This document shows positions 40,324 to 49,876 of a stretch of DNA of 64,000 bases, one piece after another (position 1 is the stretch's first letter; each line of letters begins with the position of its first letter). The notes beneath the pieces are model-generated. The model worked only from the letters and a program-made list of their open reading frames with translations. It made no database searches and had not been told where the DNA came from. This DNA comes from Promethearchaeota archaeon (GTDB taxonomy: Archaea > Asgardarchaeota > Lokiarchaeia > Sigyniarchaeales > SOKP01): positions 64,001 through 128,000 of the forward strand of contig JBHLNF010000002.1 in NCBI GenBank assembly GCA_048937405.1, given 5' to 3'. A program made the translations under genes and the position numbers.

Positions 40324-41124
40324 TTGGGAGTGATAATAATGGAATTGGAAGAACAAGAAGGAAGAAAACACTTTCTAAGTATTGATATTCTCCTTGAAAT
40401 ATTGGGAAATCCTACAAGAAGAATAATTTTATCAAAATTATCTAAGGTTCCATTAGGTGCATCGGAATTGGCAGCTTCATTTGGGAAAAAGATCTCTAGA
40501 CAGGCTATTCACAGTCAACTAAAAATGCTTTCTGATACGGGAATAATTGAAAGTGTAGGTGATGATCCTCGAAATATTAAGTATCGTATTAAAAGTAATC
40601 TTTCCTTAAGAATTGATATCACACCAGATTATTACAATATAAGCTATAATGTTTCTAAGAGTGATAATTTGAATAATATCTTTAAACTAAAAGATACAGG
40701 ATATCATGTAGACTATAAAAAGATTAAGTCTCCTAATAAGAAACTTAGATTTTTAGGAGAAAGAATAAAAGAAATTGAAGAAAATATTAAATCTTTAGAA
40801 ATAGAAAGGGATTCATTATTACGTAGTAAAGGTTGTTTTATAGTTGAACTTAAAAATATCATCCGAGATCAATATGAAGAAGATCTTATGAAAAAAGAAC
40901 AACCTAACTTAGAAAAGGAAATTTTTTATACACTTTTTTACAATCCTATGAAATATTTCAATCGAATAAACATTGATAATTTATTAGATGATATGTTCTT
41001 CTCAGAAATGGGACCTATTAGGAGAGATCAACATAAAGTTTCTATAAGACATTTACTCCGGGATTTGTCTAATTTGATGGACTTCGTACGTGAGGATGAT
41101 GATGATTGGTTTTTTGATATTTAA
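40324..41124 (+). CDS. ArsR-type winged-helix regulator with coiled coil (probable heat-shock regulator); likely start ATG 40339
   Basis: LEILGNPTRRIIL..L...ASELA...ISRQAIHSQLK.L...GII; lies in the hsp20-cdc48 operon. Confidence 0.8.
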   Translation: MGVIIMELEEQEGRKHFLSIDILLEILGNPTRRIILSKLSKVPLGASELAASFGKKISRQAIHSQLKMLSDTGIIESVGDDPRNIKYRIKSNLSLRIDITPDYYNISYNVSKSDNLNNIFKLKDTGYHVDYKKIKSPNKKLRFLGERIKEIEENIKSLEIERDSLLRSKGCFIVELKNIIRDQYEEDLMKKEQPNLEKEIFYTLFYNPMKYFNRINIDNLLDDMFFSEMGPIRRDQHKVSIRHLLRDLSNLMDFVREDDDDWFFDI

Positions 41125-41168
41125 TCTTAATTACTTAAAGTAGAAATTAATAAAATATAATCTTACGT

Positions 41169-41669
41169 ATGAATCTAGAAGAATTAAAACATGAAATGCC
41201 CAAGATTTTTGAACAAGTAAAGAAAGATGTTAAAAAGATTTATGGACGTCACCGAGCAGGTTTAAGTCTAGGACTAGTAAAAATGGGTATCTATAGAGGT
41301 GGTTTTATTGGTGGAATGCATTTTCACCCGGGTACTGATATTCTAATGAATATAACACCACTTGAGATTATTTTACAAGAACAATCTTATGAAATTGTAT
41401 GGGCTTATACATATCATATTCTAATGCATGAATATATTCATTCGTTAGGTATTTTAGATGAACAGCAATGCAGAGTTATTACTTTAAGAATAAGTGAGAA
41501 AATTTTTAAAGATGCAAACCATCCTGCTATAATTCTAGCCCAAAATGGTATTGGAACATATTTTCCAAATTTACATTTAAAATATGCCCCACCAGATCTT
41601 AAACCTGATGGAATTCCAATTGATTATATTTACAATTTTGATAATGAGAGTTATGATTATTACTCTTGA
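41169..41669 (+). CDS. Small putative zinc metalloprotein (HExxH)
   Basis: YHILMHEYIHSLG..DE motif. Confidence 0.65.
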   Translation: MNLEELKHEMPKIFEQVKKDVKKIYGRHRAGLSLGLVKMGIYRGGFIGGMHFHPGTDILMNITPLEIILQEQSYEIVWAYTYHILMHEYIHSLGILDEQQCRVITLRISEKIFKDANHPAIILAQNGIGTYFPNLHLKYAPPDLKPDGIPIDYIYNFDNESYDYYS

Positions 41670-41704
41670 TTATATCAATAAAATAATTTTCTTACATAAA
41701 ATTT

Positions 41705-42085
41705 TCATGAATGTGTTAAATCAACTGTGCTTAAACATTTCTTTAAAGCATTTATTAACATTTGGTGCGTAAATGGTTTATCCAAAAAACCCATTGCTCC
41801 ATTTGAATATACCTCATCTTTAATAGTTTTATCAGCACTTGCAAAAATAATTCTCGAATTATGATCTATTTGCAATATTTCCTTTAAAGCTTCTAAACCA
41901 TTTTTTATCGGCATTCTATAGTCTAATATTATTATATCTGGTTTTACAGTAAATGAACTAAACATTTTTATTGCTTCCTCTCCATTATTAGCAATTCCTA
42001 ATAATTGAAATCCATCCATTTCTAATAAGAGCTCATACAATCTTTGAAGATCTCTATCATCTTCAGCAATAAAAATTGTTTTTAT
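41705..42085 (-). CDS. Single-domain CheY-like response regulator; N-terminus extends beyond the ORF-track start, probable ATA start
   Basis: In-frame IKTIFIAEDDRDLQRL upstream of TTG 42040; PDIIILDYRMP..NG, IFASA, FLDKPF. Confidence 0.85.
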   Translation of the reverse strand: MKTIFIAEDDRDLQRLYELLLEMDGFQLLGIANNGEEAIKMFSSFTVKPDIIILDYRMPIKNGLEALKEILQIDHNSRIIFASADKTIKDEVYSNGAMGFLDKPFTHQMLINALKKCLSTVDLTHS

Positions 42086-42350
42086 TCTTATATCACCATT
42101 GATCTATTTAGCCCCGCTAATATATTGATTATTCTAGATTAATCAAAATATTAATTTCATATTCTCAAAATACAAAACTATAACAGTAATCATAATATTT
42201 ATGCTTTAACTTTTAAAATATAAGTTGTGAAATGGTTTTTTATATAATTTAATGAAACACTGTTGTGATAAATAATTGAAATTATTATCGAAAGTTTTTT
42301 TTACACTTTAAATTTACAAGATCTTAGACCTCTCATAGAAATCTAGAAAG

Positions 42351-43436
42351 GTGGAGAAAAAAATTTCAAAAATAGCATCTGAGGATGAATCCGCTACTGG
42401 AGAAGAGGAATCCATCATAAAAAATATAGAAATTACACCAGATCAATTAATACTTAAATGGAAGTTCCAAAATGTCGATAAGAAACTCACATATGATATA
42501 AGACGATGCATAGGGTGTTCTTTATGTAAAATTGTATGCCCTGTTGATGCTATAGAACTCGGTCCTATTCCTGATATTGCTCAAGGAATCTTAGATGAAA
42601 ATAATCCAAAAATTCTAATTGATCATGAAAAATGCTGTTATTGCATGCTATGTGCTATTATTTGTCCAAATGATGCATTTCATGAAAATATTCTACCCGA
42701 AGATCAAATCAATATTGATGAATTTCCCTCTATTGAGAAATTCTTCAAAATAGATTTGGATAAATGTATAGAGGATTCCAAAAATGAGATCTGTAATCTA
42801 TGCTTATCAGTAAGAGATAGACATAACATAAAAGATTATTATAAAATTCAAAAAGAGTGTCCAGTTAACTGTTTTTCAATCAATTCTCCAATAAAAGGAG
42901 AAATAATTATAAAAAAAAATATGCTTCATAAGTGCGATCCTCAAGGATGTAAAGCTTGTGTTAATATTTGCCCTACGGAATCTTTTTTTATTCCAGAGAG
43001 TGCTGAAGATGTCAAAAAATATGGTAAAATTGCTTGTAATGAGGATGAATGTTTTTATTGTGGAGCATGTGAAAATTCTTGCCCCGATGATTTAATAATA
43101 GTCGATAGAAAAGAAGTAATTATAAAAGATCCAAAAAAAAAGGGAAATTATCCCTGGATTCAAGGATGGATAAAGAGTATAAAAGATATAATTCAGAAAA
43201 GATTAATTCAAGGTAAACGCCAAATAGAAATCCCAATTATTGCAGAAGAAGTTAAAAAAGTAAAGGAAAGGATAGAAGAAACAGTCCCTCAGTTATCAAA
43301 AGAAGATAAAAAAAAATTATCTGAATTGAACGAGAAAATTCAAGCTTTTCTTAGTTCTCCTAAAATAAGATACTGGATAAAGGATAAAAAAACTGATAAA
43401 ATCATAAAAGAACTAAAGAAATCTTTAAATAAATGA
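42351..43436 (+). CDS. Polyferredoxin (FwdF-like 4Fe-4S protein)
   Basis: CIGCSLCKIVCP, CCYCMLCAIICP, CDPQGCKACVNICP, CFYCGACENSCP. Confidence 0.88.
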   Translation: MEKKISKIASEDESATGEEESIIKNIEITPDQLILKWKFQNVDKKLTYDIRRCIGCSLCKIVCPVDAIELGPIPDIAQGILDENNPKILIDHEKCCYCMLCAIICPNDAFHENILPEDQINIDEFPSIEKFFKIDLDKCIEDSKNEICNLCLSVRDRHNIKDYYKIQKECPVNCFSINSPIKGEIIIKKNMLHKCDPQGCKACVNICPTESFFIPESAEDVKKYGKIACNEDECFYCGACENSCPDDLIIVDRKEVIIKDPKKKGNYPWIQGWIKSIKDIIQKRLIQGKRQIEIPIIAEEVKKVKERIEETVPQLSKEDKKKLSELNEKIQAFLSSPKIRYWIKDKKTDKIIKELKKSLNK

Positions 43437-43455
43437 AATTTAAGCTAGAATTAGC

Positions 43456-44166
43456 TTAGCTTGAATATATTCTCCTTTCATGAATTGATTTATAAAAACC
43501 AAGAACAACACCAATTAAAGAGGGTATAAAAGCAATAAGCCAATAAAAAGTTACCCACAAACAATTCAAATCATCCTTTAAAGCCCAATAAATTGAACCT
43601 GTTATGTAATAAGATGAAATCATAAAAATTGGTAAACTTGCCACAAGAAGTAAATAATATTTTATTTTCTTGTTTTTACCATTCTTAATTGCCTTTTTAT
43701 ATTTTATGGGTTGAAATTTATATGAATATATGCCATATAACCCATAAAGGCAAATAACGATCCCAATCGGAATTATCGAAAATACTCCTAATGCAAAACC
43801 TGTGAAAGTATAAATAGAAGCAAGTATAGCTATTATGGGGGTAAAGATAACCATTAATAATGATTTATAGTAATTTATTTTCAAGTCTTTATCTTCTTCT
43901 GAAATTATTTTTCCTGATATTAATCTATACATTATTATCCCATATAATCCATAGAACTCAATTACAATTCCTATCGGAATTCCAATGAGAATGAGATAAA
44001 AAAACAGGGATTCTATAAAATACCAAACAAAAGCAATTATTAAAGGTGTAATGATAACCATTATAATAGATATATAGCAAATTACTTTTATTTTCCTATC
44101 TGTTATTTTAACTTCTTGAGAGAGCTCTTCTTTTAAATTATTTTCTTCTTCAGAAATTCTTTTCAC
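43456..44166 (-). CDS. Hypothetical membrane protein built from repeated TM hairpins
   Basis: Internal repeat MVIITP...IPIGIVIEFYGLYGI versus MVIFTP...IPIGIVICLYGLYGI. Confidence 0.7.
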   Translation of the reverse strand: MKRISEEENNLKEELSQEVKITDRKIKVICYISIIMVIITPLIIAFVWYFIESLFFYLILIGIPIGIVIEFYGLYGIIMYRLISGKIISEEDKDLKINYYKSLLMVIFTPIIAILASIYTFTGFALGVFSIIPIGIVICLYGLYGIYSYKFQPIKYKKAIKNGKNKKIKYYLLLVASLPIFMISSYYITGSIYWALKDDLNCLWVTFYWLIAFIPSLIGVVLGFYKSIHERRIYSS

Positions 44167-44259
44167 CTCTAGTATTTGGATTTTCTAAAGAATTCTATTC
44201 AAATTTATTATAGGTAAAAAAAATATTTAAGTGTTTAGAGATATATTTAATTTCAGAAT

Positions 44260-45417
44260 CTATTTTTTCATTTTAAAAACTAGGACAGCAAGTATTAGAA
44301 ATACCAAGGTTAAGAGAAGCATTATTAGAAAATCCATGAAAAACATATCTAAGCCAAAGCCGTTAATCATAATTGCTCTGCTAATCCTAATTGAATACGT
44401 CATAGGGATAAAATAAGAAACATATTGAAATATTACTGGAAATGAGTTTATTGGAAAGATAAATCCTGAAAAGAACATTGAAGGAATTAGAAGCAAAGGA
44501 ATGAATTGAAATGCTTGAAGCTCGCTTTGGGCAAAAGCAGAAGCAAAAATACCTAATCCGACACATGACATTGCATAAATAAAGAGGATAAAAAACAACA
44601 ATAAAATATTTCCAAGAATATGGATTTGGAAAAATACTACTGAAATTAATAGCAAAAGAACACTTTGGACTAATGCAATTAATGAATTCCCTATTAAATA
44701 CCCTAACATTATTTCTGTCTTTGAAGTCGTTGTTGCTTTAACTCTATACAATGTTCCTGTCAATTTCTCCTTAGTAAATCCCCCCGTAACTGTTAAAATC
44801 ATGAATAAGAAAAGAGCAAAACTGAGGATTCCTGGCCCAAGAGAATCAATCGGTCTTAGATCTGGATCCCCTGCGACATAATTAAGATTTAATTTTAAAT
44901 GAGATTCCTCACCTGAAATCTCAAGTAATACTGTTCCAATAACTTCAGAGAGTGCACCTATTACGGAACTTATCGTCTGTTGATCACTTCCATCTAAATA
45001 TGTTGATATTTGAATACTTTTTGAAAAATTCGGCATATTTTCCGTAAAGTTTTCAGGAATAACGATTAGAGCATAATAATCGTTCCCTCCATAAATTTTT
45101 GGAATCTCTTCTGAAAGATTAAAAGTAGTTGAATTCAACAAATGAATATCTACTCTATCATCTTCCTCAAGCTTTTCTATGAAAACTTCAGAGAATTTTG
45201 TGTCATTAATCCCCAAATAAGGTATACCCACTCCACCCTTATCTAAATTAACAATTTTAATAGGTACATGACTTACTGGTCGTCCAAAGGCATATCCAAA
45301 AAGGAACATCAAGAAGATAGGCATCATAATGAGTAAACCTACCGTCCGTTTATCATGTATTAATGCTTGGAGATTTTTCCGTGTAATTGCTACAATTCTT
45401 CTAAAACTAATACTCAT
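44260..45417 (-). CDS. ABC-2 type exporter permease (YbhR/YbhS-like)
   Basis: IVNLDKG extracellular domain, KEKLTGTL, FSGFIFPI..FP..Q..SY.IP.TY. Confidence 0.9.
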   Translation of the reverse strand: MSISFRRIVAITRKNLQALIHDKRTVGLLIMMPIFLMFLFGYAFGRPVSHVPIKIVNLDKGGVGIPYLGINDTKFSEVFIEKLEEDDRVDIHLLNSTTFNLSEEIPKIYGGNDYYALIVIPENFTENMPNFSKSIQISTYLDGSDQQTISSVIGALSEVIGTVLLEISGEESHLKLNLNYVAGDPDLRPIDSLGPGILSFALFLFMILTVTGGFTKEKLTGTLYRVKATTTSKTEIMLGYLIGNSLIALVQSVLLLLISVVFFQIHILGNILLLFFILFIYAMSCVGLGIFASAFAQSELQAFQFIPLLLIPSMFFSGFIFPINSFPVIFQYVSYFIPMTYSIRISRAIMINGFGLDMFFMDFLIMLLLTLVFLILAVLVFKMKK

Positions 45418-46187
45418 GCTTTTGAACCCCCGAGCATTTTCTTCTCCATCTCTGGATGGGTGTAATAGATAAAAACTTCCTCCATATCCGGCAGGTCTTC
45501 AAGATTTTTGAGTTTTTTAACATTCTCCATTAATTCTAAAGGTGTTCCAGAGATTACTATCTTTTTATTCATCAAACCAATTCGGTCACAATTAATTGAT
45601 TCTGCTAAATAATGAGTGGTAATGAGAATAGTGACTCCATCCTCTTTTGAAATTTTCTTAAAATAATTCCAGAATTCAATTCTAAGTTCAGGATCAACTC
45701 CTACAGTAGGTTCATCTAAAATTAAAATTTCTGGTTTGTGGAGTAGCGCAACCGCAAGGGAACATCGCCTTTGCATCCCTCCTGAACATTTAGAAATTAA
45801 CCTTTTTTTATATTCTTTAAGTTCAATCAATTCAAGAACTTCATTAATACGAGAATAGAGCACAGCTTTTGGAATTTTATATAAATTACCAAAGAATTTT
45901 AGGTTTTGCTCAACTGTCAGATCTAAATATAGAGAGAGCTCTTGGGGCATAAAACCAATTTTAGGATAAACTTCATTTATCTTTTTAGGAATCTCTTTTC
46001 CATCAATCGTTATTTTGGCTCCCGGATTCGGATCTAATATATCTAATAATGTTAAGATGGTTGTTGTTTTTCCTGAACCGTTAGGTCCAATGAGACCAAA
46101 TATTTCACCTTTTTGGATATTAATATTGAGATTCTCTACAGCTTTGAAACTTCCAAAAGATTTTGAAAGATTTGATATTTCGATCAT
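45414..46187 (-). CDS. ABC exporter ATP-binding protein
   Basis: GPNGSGKTT, SGGMQRR, ILDEPTVGVDP, TTHYL.E; ATGA overlap with the permease. Confidence 0.95.
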   Translation of the reverse strand: MIEISNLSKSFGSFKAVENLNINIQKGEIFGLIGPNGSGKTTTILTLLDILDPNPGAKITIDGKEIPKKINEVYPKIGFMPQELSLYLDLTVEQNLKFFGNLYKIPKAVLYSRINEVLELIELKEYKKRLISKCSGGMQRRCSLAVALLHKPEILILDEPTVGVDPELRIEFWNYFKKISKEDGVTILITTHYLAESINCDRIGLMNKKIVISGTPLELMENVKKLKNLEDLPDMEEVFIYYTHPEMEKKMLGGSKA

Positions 46188-46580
46188 ATCGTACTATAAG
46201 AAATTTATAATTTTGAGATTAATATTTAATAAAATTTAAAGTTATAAAATTAATATTCCTATTCAAAATTAAGTTATATATATTTCTGAAGTCACTTTCA
46301 AAAATTATTTCTAATAATAAATATCTAAACCATGGAAGATATCATAAATGTTTTTTGTTTAGAGAAAAAACATTTATAATTTCCATCATACTCTCAATTT
46401 CTTAACACTGTAAAGCATAAAATAAGCGTGTTAATAATCTACGAGTTGAAAAATCTAATCTACCTCTTTTTTTCAATCTCAATGATCTTTCTAACGATTT
46501 TACAAAAAATTTAAATAATGAGATGTAGAATTATATATAATTTACGAAATCAAAAAAAAAAGTTAAAAATTTAATGTTGT

Positions 46581-49208
46581 GTGATTAAATCGATGAAAAA
46601 CAAAAAGTTTGGCTTGTATTTAGCTTTGCTAATATCTTCTTTGACGTTGTTAAACATTTCAACCTTTATACCCTCACTTCAAAGACAAAAAGAAACACCC
46701 AATAACATGGAATTTTCAGAACTTACCACTTCAGCTCCGAATGACTTTATCTCAGTTTGGGATACGAGGTTAACAAGTGGGGACTCTAGTTTTAGTGATC
46801 AAGTGAGATTACCACTATATTTGGGTGGAACCTATAATTTTACAGTTTCTTGGGGCGATGGAAGCAATAATACTATTACTGACTATTATGATCCTGCTAT
46901 TACACATACATATACTTTAGAAGATGTTTATACTATTACAATTAATGGTACATTGATTGGGTGGAGTTTTGATTATTCGGGAGATTACTTGAAGATACTT
47001 GAAATTCAACAATGGGGTTGTCTACAATTAGGAAATTCGGGATATTATTTTGCTGGATGCTCCAATTTAGTAATCACTGCTTTTGATAGTTTGAACTTGA
47101 CTGGAACAAAAAATTTATGTTGTGCTTTCGGTGAATGCGAGAATCTGGGGAGTAGTGGTAATATGAACAGCTGGAACGTCTCGGGTGTAACAGATATGAG
47201 TTATATGTTCTCCTTTGCTTCTTCCTTTAACCAGCCTTTAGATAAATGGAATGTTTCGGGTGTGACAGATATTAGTGGGATGTTTTCAGTTGCCTCTTCC
47301 TTTAACCAATCGATTGGCAACTGGAACCTCTCCGGTGTTACAGACATGAGTCAGATGTTCTATTATGCTTCTTCTTTTAACCAACCGATTGGCAACTGGA
47401 ACTTCTCGGGTGTTACAGATATGGGTTGGATGTTTTCAGGTGCTTCTTCCTTTAACCAGCCTCTAGATAAATGGAACGTCTCTAGTGTTACCCAAATGAG
47501 TGGGATGTTCTCAGGTGCCTCTTCCTTTAACCAACCTATAGGTAAATGGAATGTCTCGAGTGTGACATATATGTATGATATGTTTTCAGATGCTTCTTCC
47601 TTTAATCAGTCTATAGGTAATTGGAACGTCTCAAGTGTTAAAGATATGAGTTGGATGTTTTCAGATGCTACTTCCTTTAACCAGCCTATAGGCAACTGGA
47701 ACGTCTCGAGTGTGACAGTTATGAGTTATATGTTCTACCACGCTACCTCGTTTAATCAATCGATTGGTAGCTGGAACGTTTCGAGTGTGAAAAACATGAA
47801 TGGGATGTTCTCCCGAGCTTCTTCCTTTAACCAACCGATTGGTAGTTGGAACACCTCAAGTGTTACAAATATGTATGATATGTTCTACCAAGCTTCCTCG
47901 TTTAATCAGTCGATTGGTAGCTGGAACGTTTCGAGTGTGACAGACATGAGTGGGATGTTTTCAGGTGCTTCTTCCTTTAACCAGCCTATAGACAAATGGA
48001 ACGTCTCAAGTGTGACAGACATGAGTTGGATGTTTTCAGGTGCTTCTTCCTTTAACCAGCCTTTAGACAAATGGAACGTCTCAAGTGTGACATATATGTA
48101 TGGGATGTTCTATTATGCTTCTTCCTTTAACCAGCCTATAGACAAATGGAACGTCTCGAGTGTGACAGATATGAGTTCGATGTTCTCATATGCTTCTTCC
48201 TTTAACCAACCGATTGGCAACTGGAACGTCTCAAGTGTGACATATATGTATGGGATGTTCTCAGGTGCTGCTTCTTTTAACCAACCAATTGGCAGCTGGA
48301 ACGTCTCAAGCGTAACAGACATGAGTTATATGTTCTATCAAACTTCTTCCTTTAACCAACCAATTGGCAGCTGGAACGTCTCAAGTGTTACAAACATGTA
48401 TAGGATGTTCTCCCGAGCTTCTTCCTTTAACCAACCTATAGGTAATTGGGACGTCTCGAATGTTACAGACATGCGTTATATGTTCGAAAGTGCTTATTCC
48501 TTTAACCAGGCTTTAGCTAACTGGAATGTCTCGAGTGTTACAAACATGTATAGGATGTTCTCATATGCTTATTCCTTTAACCAGCCTATAGGTAATTGGG
48601 ACGTCTCAAGTGTTACAGACATGAGTTATATGTTCTCAGGTGCTACATTATCAATGTCTAATTATGATAATTTATTAGTAGGTTGGTCCCAGTTATCATT
48701 ACAAAGTTATGTCTATTTTGATGGAGGTTATTCAAAATATAGTGATGTAGGAGCAGATGCTAAACAAGCTATCATTACTAACTTTAATTGGACTATTAAG
48801 GATGGGGGATATGCATTACCGGGAGCTTTTACACTATATCCCGAAGCAGAAACTCCTGATACTGATGGTGAATTTTATCTCACCTGGTCTATTTCAGCTA
48901 GAGCAGATAATTACTCACTTTATTGTTATTCTAGTTGCATTACAGAGATTAACGAAAGTTGTCTTATAGCTGAGGGGCTTACCTTTTTAACGTTAAAGTT
49001 AAGCAATTATTCGGATGGTACATATTATTTCATTGTGGTTGCGTATAATGAGTATGATCATATATTTTCAAACTGTGTTAAGGTTGAGGTGGAGACAGAA
49101 AAAAAATCTTCTGCAATTCCAGGTTATGATATCTTTACAATAATATGGATTTCAAGCGTCATATGTCTTTTTTTGATAAAAAAAAGAATATCTAAAAAAA
49201 CTAATTAA
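46581..49208 (+). CDS. BspA/DUF285 leucine-rich-repeat surface protein with N-terminal PKD-like domain and Loki-CTERM-type anchor
   Basis: Signal-like N-terminus, VSWGDG, 20 x 25-aa W(N/D)VSxVTxMxxMFxxAxSFNQxI repeats, YDNLLVGWS cap, Fn3-like domain, IPGY-TM-KKR tail. Confidence 0.92.
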   Translation: MIKSMKNKKFGLYLALLISSLTLLNISTFIPSLQRQKETPNNMEFSELTTSAPNDFISVWDTRLTSGDSSFSDQVRLPLYLGGTYNFTVSWGDGSNNTITDYYDPAITHTYTLEDVYTITINGTLIGWSFDYSGDYLKILEIQQWGCLQLGNSGYYFAGCSNLVITAFDSLNLTGTKNLCCAFGECENLGSSGNMNSWNVSGVTDMSYMFSFASSFNQPLDKWNVSGVTDISGMFSVASSFNQSIGNWNLSGVTDMSQMFYYASSFNQPIGNWNFSGVTDMGWMFSGASSFNQPLDKWNVSSVTQMSGMFSGASSFNQPIGKWNVSSVTYMYDMFSDASSFNQSIGNWNVSSVKDMSWMFSDATSFNQPIGNWNVSSVTVMSYMFYHATSFNQSIGSWNVSSVKNMNGMFSRASSFNQPIGSWNTSSVTNMYDMFYQASSFNQSIGSWNVSSVTDMSGMFSGASSFNQPIDKWNVSSVTDMSWMFSGASSFNQPLDKWNVSSVTYMYGMFYYASSFNQPIDKWNVSSVTDMSSMFSYASSFNQPIGNWNVSSVTYMYGMFSGAASFNQPIGSWNVSSVTDMSYMFYQTSSFNQPIGSWNVSSVTNMYRMFSRASSFNQPIGNWDVSNVTDMRYMFESAYSFNQALANWNVSSVTNMYRMFSYAYSFNQPIGNWDVSSVTDMSYMFSGATLSMSNYDNLLVGWSQLSLQSYVYFDGGYSKYSDVGADAKQAIITNFNWTIKDGGYALPGAFTLYPEAETPDTDGEFYLTWSISARADNYSLYCYSSCITEINESCLIAEGLTFLTLKLSNYSDGTYYFIVVAYNEYDHIFSNCVKVEVETEKKSSAIPGYDIFTIIWISSVICLFLIKKRISKKTN
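47166..48644 (+). repeat. 75-bp coding tandem repeat, 19 full units plus 1 partial
   Basis: Units at exact 75-nt spacing (47166 + 19 x 75 = 48591, ggtaattggg); conserved gcttcttcctttaacca and tggaacgtctc cores. Confidence 0.93.
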
Positions 49209-49307
49209 TTTTTTTATTTTTTTTAAATCCTTTTTCTTTAAATATTTTGAGTTATAAATAGGTTATCTTAAGCATATACTTCTACACAAATATAAGGAAA
49301 TGATTGG

Positions 49308-49601
49308 ATGATAATAAAAACTAAAATAAAATCTCATAAAAAGGATAATAGAAAAGTGGTCATAGCCTGGATACAAAAACATAAAGATTTTGATAAGGAT
49401 CTTAAGGAGCTTTTGAATTTTTTTAAAGATCAAGTCAAATATACCTTAATCAATAGAATCCATCAATATTATAAAATTACATCTAATAATCCCGCTATTA
49501 TGTTTTCACTTATTTCCTCTATACACGATATAATTGCTGAAAGTTATTTCAATACTGAAGAATCAATCGAACTTCAAGAATCAGTAAATTTTCAATTATA
49601 A
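49308..49601 (+). CDS. Hypothetical 97-aa protein
   Basis: ORF with plausible SD, converging on tRNA-Pro. Confidence 0.6.
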   Translation: MIIKTKIKSHKKDNRKVVIAWIQKHKDFDKDLKELLNFFKDQVKYTLINRIHQYYKITSNNPAIMFSLISSIHDIIAESYFNTEESIELQESVNFQL

Positions 49602-49609
49602 ATTAAAAA

Positions 49610-49711
49610 TGGGAGGGGAGGGATTTGAACCCCCGACCCCTTGGTCCCAAACCAAGATTCACGCCATAGAGAAAGACTCTATAGTATCATACCAAGCTAG
49701 ACCACCCTCCC
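49610..49711 (-). tRNA. tRNA-Pro(UGG) with a 28-nt intron at non-canonical position 25/26 (intron 49658-49685)
   Basis: GGGAGGG/CCCTCCC acceptor stem, GTCT-AGCTTGGTA-TGAT D arm, CTTGG-TTTGGGA-CCAAG anticodon arm, GGGGG-TTCAAAT-CCCTC T arm; no encoded CCA; hBHBh' motif at the intron junctions. Confidence 0.93.
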
Positions 49712-49876
49712 ATTAATAATTCAGCGATTTTATTCAAAGGATTAATAAAATCTCTGTTTTAAAAGTGGAGAATACTATTTATAAATCTTGATATAGATTC
49801 TAATTATTATATAATACAAACAATAAAAATTAAAATATTTTATCAATTTACGTTTTTTTTAGAAAAAGAATACATT

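Noticed and set aside
47166-48644. Regularly spaced repeats as a CRISPR array or DGR template/variable repeat
   Set aside because: The units are in-frame 75-bp coding repeats without unique spacers; no cas or reverse transcriptase gene is present, and variation is not adenine-specific.
49308-49711. tRNA-Pro as an integration site for a genomic island
   Set aside because: No duplicate of the tRNA 3' end and no integrase were seen in the window.
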